This document shows, piece by piece, positions 39,082 through 49,000 of a stretch of DNA of 64,000 nucleotides; the stretch's first letter is position 1, and every line of letters starts with the position of its first letter. The position numbers and the translations under genes are program-made. The notes beneath the pieces were generated by a model. That model worked only from the letters and a program-made list of their open reading frames with translations. It did not search any database and was not told where the DNA came from. This stretch comes from Octopus bimaculoides (taxonomy: Eukaryota). The stretch spans positions 57,163,072 through 57,227,071 of the forward strand of contig NC_068981.1 in assembly GCF_001194135.2 (NCBI RefSeq), written 5' to 3'.

Positions 39082-42079
39082 GACAGACAGACAGAAAGAG
39101 AGAGACATGTTTATATATACATGTATGTGTGAATGCGCACACGTATATATATGCATGTGTGTATGTAAGTATATGTATGTATGTATTTATACACACGTAT
39201 ATATGCATGTATATGTGTGTGTGTAGATATATATGTGTGTGTGTGTGTCTGTATATATACACACACACATGCACATACACACCATGTATATGTATGTATG
39301 TATGTATATGTACATATATATGTATGCGTGTATATATATGTAAGTATATATCAATAAATGTACGCATACATATGTGTGTGTGTGTGTTAGTATGTGCACA
39401 TATTCATACAACTATACATGCATACACATGCAATCACAAGGTAGCATATGTTTTGCAGTACCTGCTGACATTACCGGGAAGGACATCAAGTTCTATGCAT
39501 TCGTTTGAAAGTAAAATGAAGCTCCCCTGCTGTCTTTGGTGAAAATTGAATCTGCATTTTGGTGAAAGCTAGAATCTGCCAGTGGGTTATTTGTCAAGCA
39601 GTCACAGATGTTCAACTCCATGGGACTCCATTCACTTTTCGAAGTTCTGTTAGTTATTTGGCCAGTGGCGCCTAATACAACATACTATGTGAACTACTTT
39701 GCCACTTGCCAGAGAGCAAAATAGAATTAGAAATATTTTCAACTAATGTAGAAAATTTGTTGACATGGAAACTCTATTCTGATATTTTTTCTTATCAATT
39801 ATTTTCTTAACAAATCCATTAAACTCAAGAATAAAGATTAATTTTCAAATAAAGACTTTTCCTCTAGTATGTTTAATTGTGAAATGTTTATTTTAGTTAT
39901 AATAATATGCCCACACTTCTTTCTAAAATTGAATTCTTATACTCAGGTTTATTTATTTATTGAATTAATTATACATGCTTCATTCTTTTCCTACCTCCCT
40001 CTCCTACTGAACGATATTTTAGATTATATACACTCTCTCTCTCTCTCTCTCTCTCCGTCTCTCTCTTCTTTCCCTGCTGTCACGTGCATATTTTGTTTCC
40101 ATCAAAAACTATAAGGAGCTGGACACAAACATGCGTATACACACCCACAGACTGCAAAGTTCCATTAGTGCAAGGTTTATTGATTGCGGAACTGCTGCTG
40201 CTGGTATCATATGATTGTTAGATATATGATACTAGTCATTGTTGTAACAATGGTAAAATGAGAATATCTGTCTCCAAATTTTAAAATAAAATTAAGTAAG
40301 GGTGACACAGATTGCGATATATTACTTGAGGAAAAACTTATAAAGAAATAGGCACAGATATAGCAGTGTAGTTAAGAAGTTTGCTTCACGACATGGTTCT
40401 GCTGTAGCCTCAAGTTAATCAATGCCTTGTCAGTGGAATTTGGTTGACAGAAACTATGGCAGCCTGTCATCTGTGTGTGTGTGTGTAAAAGGAACTTTTT
40501 CATCAAGAATAACATACAAGTGTGACAAATGTTTGGTTTTTCAACTGAATGATGTAGTCGTTGAATTAGCATGCAAAGTGGCTGAGTATTCCCACAGGCA
40601 TATGTGCTCCTAATATGTAATTTTCTGTTAAAATCAGCATGGCAGGTACCATATGGCTGGACATTTGAATTAAAGGTATGGTCCATCTGATGAGCTTCCA
40701 CACAGTTGCCATCTATCTAATATTATTCACAAGACTTTTGCCCAACATGTGATACATTGGGACTGAACCTGATTTTTGTTATGGTTATAGAATAAAATTC
40801 TTGATCATTTGATCATGCCTGCATGTGTGTGTGTGTGTGCATGTGTGTGTATTCTGATTGATGTAGACTGATGTGGAAAGTTGAGTTCCTTTATGTCAAA
40901 AGCAATTCAATAAATAGAAATCAATAAAGTAAGTATTGGTGTCAATATGATTGACTAAAACCCTTGAAGGCCATGCCTCAGGCTAACTACATCCCAGTGA
41001 CTGAAGTATCGTTCTCAACAAAACAAACTAACTTTTTACTGCAGAAATCAGATACAGCTACTCAAATTTTCATTACTCTCAACTGCAGAAAGCAGCTTTA
41101 TATACCAATCTCTCTTTTGTTGAGGAATGTCATGTGTTTGAAACTATTAGTGGAGGCGCAATGGCCCAGTGGTTAGGGCAGCGGACTCGCGGTCATAGGA
41201 TCGCGGTTTCGATTCCCAGACCGAGTGTTGTGAGTGTTTATTGAGCGAAAACACCTAAAGCTCTACAAGGCTCCGGCAGGGGATGGTAGCGAACCCTGCT
41301 GTACTCTTCCACCACAATTTTCTCTCACTCTTACTTCCAGTTTCTGTTGTGCCTGTAATTCAAAGGGTCAGCCTTGTCTCACTGTGTCACGCTGAATATC
41401 CCTGAGAACTACGTTAAGGGTACACATGTCTGTGGAGTGCTCAGCCACTTGCATGTTAATTTCATGAGCAGGCTGTTCTGTTGATCAGATCAACTGGAAC
41501 CCTCGACATCGTAAGCGACGTAGTGCCAACGACAACAACATGAAACTATTATTTTGTTGACATATGTGAAGTTTGTTGAGGCAATGTGACCTACAAAAAA
41601 TACCAATTGTATTGTTTTGGTAGATATTTAACATCGTAACTAGAATAATCATGAAATCTAAATTCACAGTTAAAGAGTTAATTAGAAATTTGTTAGATAC
41701 CACATTTCTCATTTAAAAGAATAGATTTTGGATAGAACTTCCTACTGTAGATCCATCCAATTCAAGAAATATGTAAACTAGTATAAAAGATCAACTCTTC
41801 TGTTATGATAAAGCTAAACAGATTTAATTCCCTATGATGAATCTGAACACAATTCTTGTTGGCATTAATAATATTTATAATTTCATTTAACCACTAGGAA
41901 CAGAAATCCTGATATGACAGCTGCCACATTTTATTCTTAATTTTTTTTTCTTTCTACCAAACAATACTAGATACTTTGAGTAAACCAAACAAAAATTTAA
42001 TAAATTATCAGTGGGTTGATAAATTAAATCTTCAATGAAAATTTCATGACATGAAAACTACAAGATTTAAGTGCTATGG

Positions 42080-42126
<47 letters not shown>

Positions 42127-42457
42127 TATAGATATATATAGATAGATTAAATTTGTTTATGGGAAGCATTTTGGATGCAAATAAAGCTCCTGTTCTATAA
42201 TGTCAGCCCTCAGTCTAATGATGCTGACTGGTGAACCAGTATTTTGGGGATGCATCGAGCTGTACCGATATAATGTAGGATAAATATAATAATAATAACA
42301 ATAATCTTTGGATGGAATTTATAAACATTTAATGCATTGCCATGCATATTTCCACAAATCACATCTCTTAAGAGACACGTGATTTGTGGAAATGTGTGTA
42401 GCAGTGCATTAAATGTTTATAAATTCCATCCAAGGATTGTTGTTGTTGTTGTTGTTG

Positions 42458-42498
<41 letters not shown>

Positions 42499-44956
42499 GA
42501 GGTGCAGGTGTGGCTGTGTTGGTAAGAAGCCTTACTGTCCAACCATGTGGTCTTGGGTTCAATTCCACTGTGCAGTACCTTGGGCAGTCTTCTATTAGTC
42601 TTCTGCTATAGCCCCAGGCCAACCAAAGCCCTGTGAGTGGATTTGGTGGGTGGAAACTGAAAGAAATACCCTCTCCCTCCTTCACATTATCGGCTAGGTT
42701 TTTTGCTTTTTTTTTTTTTTTTTTTTTGGGAGTTATATCATTTCTTTTCCATTCTCATTTGTTGTGCTGGTATCTCTGATGACTCTGAAAACCTGTCCTT
42801 GCATGAAGCATGTATTCCACATATGCTGGTAGAGATGGTTGGGCGTGACCAACTTTCCATCTTTGCAGTTTGTTTTCTTCGTTTCTATGATTTTATTGTT
42901 CAAAGAATGCTGTAGCACCAGAACATATACAATCCGCTACTTGTTCTTCTCATATTTTGGTGTTGATGTTGGTTTTCTTCATAGTCTGATTGAGGTGATC
43001 TTTGTAATGTCCCAAGTATGTCATTTTTATTATGATAGCCATACCTCATAAGGTTATATCAGATAAGATTTATGTATCACAGATCAAAGAGCATCTATTC
43101 TCCTCATGTATGTTACAATCATTTTCCATTAAATGATTATAAATATATGTATGCTTAAGCATAAAGAAGTAGTCATCACCTTTTCTTCACTTGCCTGGGA
43201 CTTTATTTGGATTGCTGATTACATTTTCTAAGGCTTTGCAAGTATGAAGGACTGTGCTGTTAACATAGCTTTGTCACCCATATACTAATTGATGCTCTCA
43301 ACCAAACATAATGGGTACTGTATCTTTCCAATCTTTAAAAAAATATTTTTCTAAAGTTTGTATATCAGTTAGGGTGCTTGTCAAGCCAATACTTTTGCTT
43401 GAAATTAACAGCTTTCGCTATTTATGAAAAGCAATACTGTTAATCTATATCCCATCGTTTGTTACTTATCAGTGTCTAAGGAACATATCAATGTCAGCCA
43501 CTATCCTTTGAATTAAATTATCATGTACTCATGCTTGTGTGCACAGACACACACATGCGTGCACATATTTACACAGAACTTATTGTGGCTTATAAGTTGT
43601 CCTGTTAGTTGTCCTGGGTTTCAATTTTTATGGTTTACATTGTTAATATATTTCACACAAACCTCTATGTCAGCTCAGATTAAAATATCAGATAATACAA
43701 TAGAGGCATCTTTATAATATAAATATTACCAACACCACATACTTAACATCCATGTGTTTTGTTTAAACACCAAGAGCTGCAGTTTATCATCTGGGAAAAA
43801 TCCATTTAAAGGCATATAGTGTTAAAAAGAGCAATATACTTCAGAGCTAGATGAAACAAAATTGCCCCCAGAAACTCTGAAATATATTGTGTTTTTTAAA
43901 GGGACTTTTCTCAAATGATAAACCATAGTTCCAGGTGTTTAAATAACACATGTACATTAAGTATATGGCATCAGTAATGTTTACTTCATCAATGCATACT
44001 TTATATGCAATTATCCAAAAATATCCAAATGATCTTTAGTTAAAAAAAAATAAAAACTGTGCGAATATTTATATAGTGACATACATTTCCCTTTGGCTAA
44101 TTTCTACCTTTAGAAATCGTGGTGACTAAGGAAATTACATTATATTTTATGTTGAAACTTACTTCAATTGACCATCCAGCTGTATTAAAATATATTAGCT
44201 GTCCAAAACTGCAAGCAACAAGGATTTTGGTATATAATAAGTAAAACCAAGTCAGATACAAAGACTGAAATTTAGTGCTTGTTTTCTGAACACTTGTAAA
44301 TATTTCTTTGAGCACTTGTAAATATTTTATGATTTAAAATGTTATAGTTTGCTTGAAGCATTGATATGTAACATTGAAAGAGATAGAAGATTAAACAATG
44401 CAAAATGGACTGTAAGATGAGGTAACGAAAATTAAAAGTTACCTGGTAATCTTTGTTTTGACTTTTTTTTTTTATTGTTATTGCTGTTGTTCTTTTATAT
44501 GTCCAATATTTCAGGACTTAACAGTCCCTTCATCAGAGTTTAAGGAACTTTAATTGGATAATGTTCCAATTTCCTCTCTTTGGGATAAAATTTTGATTTT
44601 GATTTTTTCTTTGGTCATTTTCAAGCATATTTGATGGTTATTTTGCTTTCCACATGAATGACATCAATTGCTAATATAGTATTTTGTGAAATCAGTTTTC
44701 TCTTTTGTATGAGATATTTAGTTTGTGTGCCTCTGGGTGTGTTTTTTATGTCAAGTACTGTGTACTGAGTTCTAATTTATTATTTATTTGTGGATTAAGT
44801 CTATGTATGAGCAAGGCTTCCTTAATTCTTAAGTTGCTCCTATTTCTATCAGATGTACTTGAGTAGTAAACTCCCATAAAATCAAGCACATGAACTGCTG
44901 AGGCTGCTTGCTGGAAGTAAAAGATAACTTCTGTTACCTGTATGATTTAGTTAGTG
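3842..44956 (-). CDS. Candidate multi-exon minus-strand gene, product unidentified
   Basis: Hand-assembled phase-consistent AG/GT chain: 36374-36424, 30448-30489, 25769-25794, 25651-25700, 21862-21917, 17596-17617, 13433-13463, 11610-11640, 11444-11501, 7454-7496, 7338-7394, 3842-3872. It translates to [166 protein letters not shown]. An upstream pair 44938-44956 + 44163-44208 gives [22 protein letters not shown]. All exons are <=60 nt and I recognise no homology, so chance chaining is possible. Confidence 0.3.
4945..5215. repeat. Interspersed repeat family F (ccccaggtcagccctgatc..agacctatgatcaaagg motif)
   Basis: The same motif recurs at ~8085-8290, 15325-15420, 53435-53545 and, reverse-complemented, at ~30580-30720. 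Confidence 0.65.
6765..6995. mobile_element. Decayed TTAA-type (piggyBac-like) MITE
   Basis: Degenerate termini (ttacccctgtaactt ... aatgctaaaggatta), ~230 bp, non-coding. Confidence 0.55.
9560..9705 (+). mobile_element. SINE family A head
   Basis: tgtggctgcatggtaggaagcttgctccccaac...caccttgtgcaagtgtc..., followed by TG/TA microsatellite and a gap. Confidence 0.8.
9814..10798. other. Assembly gap (N run); other gaps at 9111-9306, 13587-13674, 23688-23782, 62353-62392
   Basis: N bases, each gap next to a TA/TG microsatellite. ORFs spanning them are artefacts. Confidence 1.
10799..11145. repeat. Family C internal region with four ~65-bp tandem subrepeats
   Basis: Units start at about 10799, 10866, 10930 and 10995 (gg.actggcaac...gctcaaa.g...tttt.acatgccacc.gcac). 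The unit end matches the tgcttttacgtgccactggcac end of the 62546-62740 copy. Confidence 0.75.
12764..12870. repeat. Loopless imperfect palindrome (~53-bp arms)
   Basis: Central perfect palindrome ttttgacttacagctgtaagtcaaaa; the arms differ by 5 transitions and 1 indel. Confidence 0.95.
13185..13340 (+). mobile_element. tRNA-derived SINE family B, decayed
   Basis: actggcaaaatcgttag...gttcaaatcc...tttgccttttatc...aaagtaccagt; homologous to 16375-16590. Confidence 0.7.
13382..13442 (+). CDS. Candidate 61-nt exon [20 protein letters not shown]
   Basis: Long pyrimidine tract ending tttcag, donor ctg|gtaaaa, one open frame (phase 0 to 1). Confidence 0.35.
13830..14220 (-). mobile_element. SINE family A + body D
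   Basis: Head 14070-14220, CA/TA hinge, body D ~13830-14000. Confidence 0.85.
14352..14505 (+). mobile_element. SINE family A head, decayed, inverted relative to the previous copy
   Basis: atggctgtgatgatgaagc...ggttcagtcc...caggccaaccaatgccatgtgagtg...ggaaactg. Confidence 0.75.
16375..16590 (+). mobile_element. tRNA-derived SINE family B, well preserved
   Basis: aaggtggcgagctg (A-box-like), gagttcaaattccgcc (B box), central ctttgcctttcattctttcggggttaatagattaagtaccag block, 3' ggccttctgcctagagtagaaa. Confidence 0.9.
18620..18760 (-). mobile_element. Small, very decayed RTE RT fragment
   Basis: Minus translation ...[18 protein letters not shown] resembles the RTE WWALRKLGVxEWL motif. Confidence 0.45.
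19483..19860 (+). mobile_element. SINE A head + start of body C', followed by a SINE B 3' part (19760-19860)
   Basis: ggcatagctgtgtggttaag...ggttttgggttcaatc; later ttgcctttcatcctttcagggtcaataagaaaagtaccagttgagtactgg. Confidence 0.75.
21815..22285. repeat. Long imperfect inverted repeat (~220-bp arms, centre ~22040)
   Basis: The reverse complement of 21850-21995 aligns to 22078-22220 (acacacaagtggt..tacagta.tcctgcc..tagaaa...ggacatac.gtt...tattgtag.cag.tg.aatgtgataagtg.ag.c.ttattgctga.attt.gattt..act.agtttt), about 75-80% identity by eye. Confidence 0.9.
23815..23940. repeat. Interspersed repeat family H, partial copy
   Basis: aactctgagt.acagttttt.gtga.gtttttgcagcttta...aaagcatatta.tctacc matches 25195-25315. 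Confidence 0.75.
23985..25050. mobile_element. Cluster of SINE A/D modules in alternating orientation
   Basis: D(-) 23985-24120, A(-) 24140-24272, D(+) 24340-24520, D(-) 24530-24720, A(-) 24900-25050. Confidence 0.85.
25055..25315. repeat. Family H copy with internal direct and inverted subrepeats
   Basis: cagagtttca...gacag.ttt..ttgagaat occurs twice (~25061 and ~25119), then an inverted tgtgaaactctgag at ~25191. Confidence 0.65.
28385..28720 (-). mobile_element. SINE A head + body C' with RTE-like tail
   Basis: Head remnant 28625-28720; tail tcatcattgttttaatgtccactttaccatgc at the left end. Confidence 0.7.
29861..30090. mobile_element. TTAA-type MITE, same family as 54571-54808 in opposite orientation
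   Basis: Left end ttaacccttttcatacc; the interior is reverse-complement-similar to the 54.6 kb copy; right TIR decayed. Confidence 0.7.
33600..33980 (+). mobile_element. SINE family A + body D, full length
   Basis: tgtgtagtaagaagtttgcttcccaaccacatggttctgcattcagtccc..., TG hinge, body D ending cccagcatggctgcagtctagtgagtggaacaag. Confidence 0.85.
35939..36056 (+). pseudogene. 5S rRNA pseudogene (decayed)
   Basis: CCATATCACACTGA...TCATCTGAT...TTAAGCAAC...CCTAGTTAGAACTTAGATGGGTGACTGCTTGGAAA...GC is collinear with metazoan 5S rRNA, with box A/box C remnants, mostly transition mismatches and a T5 run at 36060-36064. Confidence 0.85.
38010..38465 (-). mobile_element. Two tandem SINE family B copies (38010-38225, 38250-38465) embedded in (AAT)n
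   Basis: Both contain cccagtact.aactggta.ttattttat.gacc...aaaggatgaaaggcaaagt..acct...ggaatttgaact. Confidence 0.9.
38608..39025 (+). mobile_element. SINE A head + body C' ending in an RTE-type tail
   Basis: ggcatggctatgtgttc...; 3' end gcaagcatggaaaaatgaatgatgatg. Confidence 0.8.
40362..40465 (+). mobile_element. SINE A head, internally deleted
   Basis: agcagtgtagttaagaagtttgcttc...acatggttc...gccttgtcagtggaatttggttgacagaaact. Confidence 0.7.
41150..41540 (+). mobile_element. Young full-length tRNA-derived SINE (family E) with 11-bp TSD
   Basis: A box TGGCCCAGTGG, B box GGTTTCGATTCC, CpGs retained, (CAA)n tail; TSD TGAAACTATTA at 41139-41149 and 41541-41551. Confidence 0.95.
42505..42670 (+). 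mobile_element. SINE family A head
   Basis: gtggctgtgttggtaagaagc...gggttcaattccactg...ccttgggcagtc...ggaaactgaaagaa. Confidence 0.85.
42735..43060 (-). mobile_element. RTE (BovB-like) LINE 3' fragment, decayed
   Basis: Minus translation [25 protein letters not shown]...GATAFFEQ*...KLQRWK...[10 protein letters not shown] matches the RTE C-terminus (RYKDxLK...WE..A.DR...GA..FE...RIGL.SH.R). Confidence 0.75.
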
Positions 44957-46001
44957 CTAGATGTAGTTGTAGTGAAAATTAATGAAAAGGAAAACATTTG
45001 AGAGAACAGTTACTTCAGTTGACAATAAATTTTTCTCGCTACCAAGAAAATCAGGTTGAATAAAGTATATGTGAGGAAAGTGGTACAGCATATGTGAAGA
45101 GAAATGAAGTATGAGCTTTGGAGAAGAAAAATCTGTGGAGAAATGAGTAAAGTATCATCTGTAAGAGTTAGCAATGTACTGTCATACACAATCACTGAAC
45201 ATAGGCCAGCATAAATTGAAAATATTAAAATTATGACGATGGTGATGGTAATGCCTGTATGTTTAAACTGCCAAAATAACTTGAATACAATACAATTATT
45301 TAGTTTCAATACTTAATGTTAGTTCTAATCTCTCTCAAACATGACAAAGAAATATACATATATCATTCAGCATCAACACTACATGTTTATGGGAAGTATT
45401 TGTGCATTGAATATTCTCCTGAAAACCACATTTTGATATATATATATATATACACACACACACAATATCAGGAAAATATATTCAAAGACTAGATATTGAA
45501 CTACACCTTACCCCCATCCTACTGAGAGAGCACATCTATCTTCCTGGTTCTGTTGCTTTTGCAAAGGCCACTGTCACAAATCTTTGTCATATTTGCTCTT
45601 GGCTTTTGATTCTCTCTTTGTGTGTGTGTGTGTGTGTGTGTGATAAAAACTAATTTGAATAAGAGGTATGGGGAGAACTTTTATAAAATTGTATGTACAG
45701 CCTAAAAATTTATAGTGAATCAAAGATACACACACATTAACATTAGGATTTTCTTTTTTAAAAAATTTGTTTTATAATTTGAAAAACAAATCTTAAAACT
45801 ACAAACTGACATCTTTAGTCATTTTTTTTTCTCTTAATTTCTTGACAGTTTTTTTTTTTAAGAGTAAATTTTTTAAAATACTTTTCTTCCTCTGTTTTGG
45901 TTTGCTCATACTTTTATTTTATTTTCCTAAATAAGACATCAATATGATAGCTTTGACATTTATCTAAGATGTGTGAAAGGTTTAGTTTGTTTTTTAAACA
46001 G

Positions 46002-49000
46002 GTTTACTCACAAGAAAAAGTACTCTTCTCTGATTTTTTTCTCTTAAGTTAACTTATCTAATTTAAACCAAAAACCTTATGAGATGTCAGCAGCACTTCT
46101 TGACATTTACAGAAAAGTCTTTACATTGTTATTCTGTTTTTTTTATCTGCAATTATTTTTTCTTAGTTGTCTCTCTGCTGTTGTTTTAATGCAGCATGTT
46201 ATATTTTACATTTGTAAACAAAAGTGCTGTATAGGAGTCCATTTTCTCTTTCTCATTGTAAATTTTTTAAAGTTTCTTTTCTTACTGTCAACTTACATCA
46301 TTCATTCATTCATTCATTCCAATTTTTTTACCTGCTACACATTTGTCTTTGTATTTATTACTTCATTTTCTTTTTTTGATATTTCATTTTCACAATAATA
46401 TTTTCTTCTTTTTAAATACTATTCTATTTAAACATATCTGTATTATCGAAGATCCCAACTTAGATGAATTCAGGTGGCAAGTAAGCCTGAAGAAATAATT
46501 AAGGATAAAATAATAATTGAATTGTTCCAGTATTTATCTGTAGTGTAATAAAGTGCAACAAATTACTCTTTTAATTGAATATCTCAACATTGCCAATTTG
46601 GTCAAATGATGATAATTCCATTTCCATTTAGTGCTGACATTTCACTCCAGTCATCTAATTTGTTTGTTGTCTGTTAGTGATATGTAACTCTTGATAGATT
46701 ATTGATTCAATGAGTTTAGTATAAAATTGTTCTCATTAACTACCTAATATATGTGTTCTCATTAACTACCTAATATATGATTATAGACATGAAAATGACA
46801 GAACTAAAAAGAAAAAATTAAAATACTAACATATCAAACATCTTTTCATCAAAAAACAACTGCTTTTTATACAGATGACATCTTAAAAGAGTTTCGCTAC
46901 AAACTTAACCAAACAGTTGAGTACAAATGGGAAGTTGTGATATGTGTATTTTACTCAACATTAGAAGTATGATGTGAAATACTAACAAGAAGTAAAATCA
47001 GTCATAAACTTTCCTTGCTAAGAAATTTATGCAACTTAAAATATACAGTTTACATTTGTGCGTGAATAATATATTCAAAACTATGAATTGATTAAATTTC
47101 TGAAGTTCTTGAAGAATGATTATCTTCAATATACTTTCCTTAGTAAAACATTTTCTGCTTCTGCTTTTAGGAAACCCTTATGGAGAGGAAATTGATGATG
47201 AGGAAACACAGAACTCTGAATTGCTTGGAAGTTCAGGTTAGCTAATATTATTTTTCATTGTTTGTGGTCTTGTTTGTTTGGGTTTTTTTTTTTTTTTGTT
47301 TATTTGAACAAACTATACAGAATCAATATTAACCAAAGCATAGATTCTTATTAACTCAGTTCCATAAATGACATGCATGAAACCAGAGTACATATACAGT
47401 AAAATAACTATGCAGAAGACCATAATGAAAGATGATTTACATGGAGAATACCAAAAGCATCACTATCTTATAATAAAATGATGTTGTGAACAAAAATACA
47501 AGATATACTAATATAATTTAGTGAAGAAAATTTTTTTAATTTATTATATTTTGATTTTCATAAATGAAATGTTATGCTTATTTATTACAATATCAACTCT
47601 GATAATTAATTCAATCAATTAGTTATTATAATTATATAGCAAAACTTGTTGCTTTGCATAAGCATGGTGATTCTCTTTTGGCAAAAAATGATATGTCAAA
47701 TAGTTGATATATTAATAAGAACTATCATGTGAGTTTTTTAGAAGCTTTTATATGACTTAGTTTGAAGAGAATGGCCTCTGAGGCTGATACATGGCGTTTA
47801 AGACCATAGGAATAAAGGGAGAAAAAATATGATTCATGCCTTATCCTTAAAATGGAGATCTGGTCCAAATGCTTTCAGCAGAGTGCACTTCACTAAAGGC
47901 AACCAAAAGTTTGGAGATGCTGATAAATTAACAGATTAAGTTTACCACCTCAAAATGGATCCAGTCTAATCAACATGCTTCTGTCTATTTAATTTTACTC
48001 AGAAGGCTTGGGTTAAGCTCAGATTACAATAGAAGAAACATGTCTAAGATGTTAGATAGTGGGATCAGATGGCAACCATATGATTCTGAAACAACTTATT
48101 CCATAGCCATGTCTGTGTCATGCCACACAAAAGAATACAAAACATAAACTTATGGAGACAAACATTTTGAGGATATATATATGTAATCTTTGTTAATATT
48201 TTATTTTATTTTGTTTCTGCTAAATATATAATCCAAGTAATAATCTCTAACATAAGCACAAGGCCACAAATTTTGGTTGAAAATAAACAGTTAAATTAAT
48301 TGCAAAATAAACTTCTTAAGCACTTGACTCTACCTGATAATTATTCTTGGAGTATTTGAATACAGTTTGCTATCCTTTACCTATGGCAAAAGTTGTGTTA
48401 TTCTTCATAGTTTAAATTCAGTGGTTGTCAATCTCATGGACCAAAGCAAGAAGATAGAGCAGTATTTTTTTTTTTTTTTTTTTTTTTGTGACTTGAAACA
48501 AATCAATGTTGTATATTTTTACAAAAAAGTGAGATTCTTTCACTTTGTAAAAAATGAACGTTTCTCCAGGTATGATGATATTTTAAGATGTAAACGTTTA
48601 CACATTAGTAAATTGAATGGAACACAGAGATTAATAACATCTCATACACTGTTGCAAAATAGCTTTACATAAAATGTTATAGTTTGGTATTTGTAAACCT
48701 CAATGTTAATAGTCTGAACTTTAGAATAATGGGTAAAATTATAATCACAGTTGATCTTGGACAGCATTATAGTATGTACTTGTTTTGTACTCATGTGATG
48801 AATAACTAGAAATTGAAGAGATTTTATGAAAATGGTGAAAGTTTTTTTCTTTTTTTTTTAAGCTATGTATTTGTATTTTATCCCCCTCTGCGCACACATA
48901 CACACTACAACAACAAACAGCTTTCCTAATAAAGCAGAGGTTAGCCTAGTAAGACCTTTGTCTTCCCCATTTTCTCCTATTGTCTACATGCCCCCTCTCA

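Noticed and set aside
41150-41225. Possible tRNA gene
   Set aside because: It is the head of a TSD-flanked SINE and has no acceptor-stem closure.
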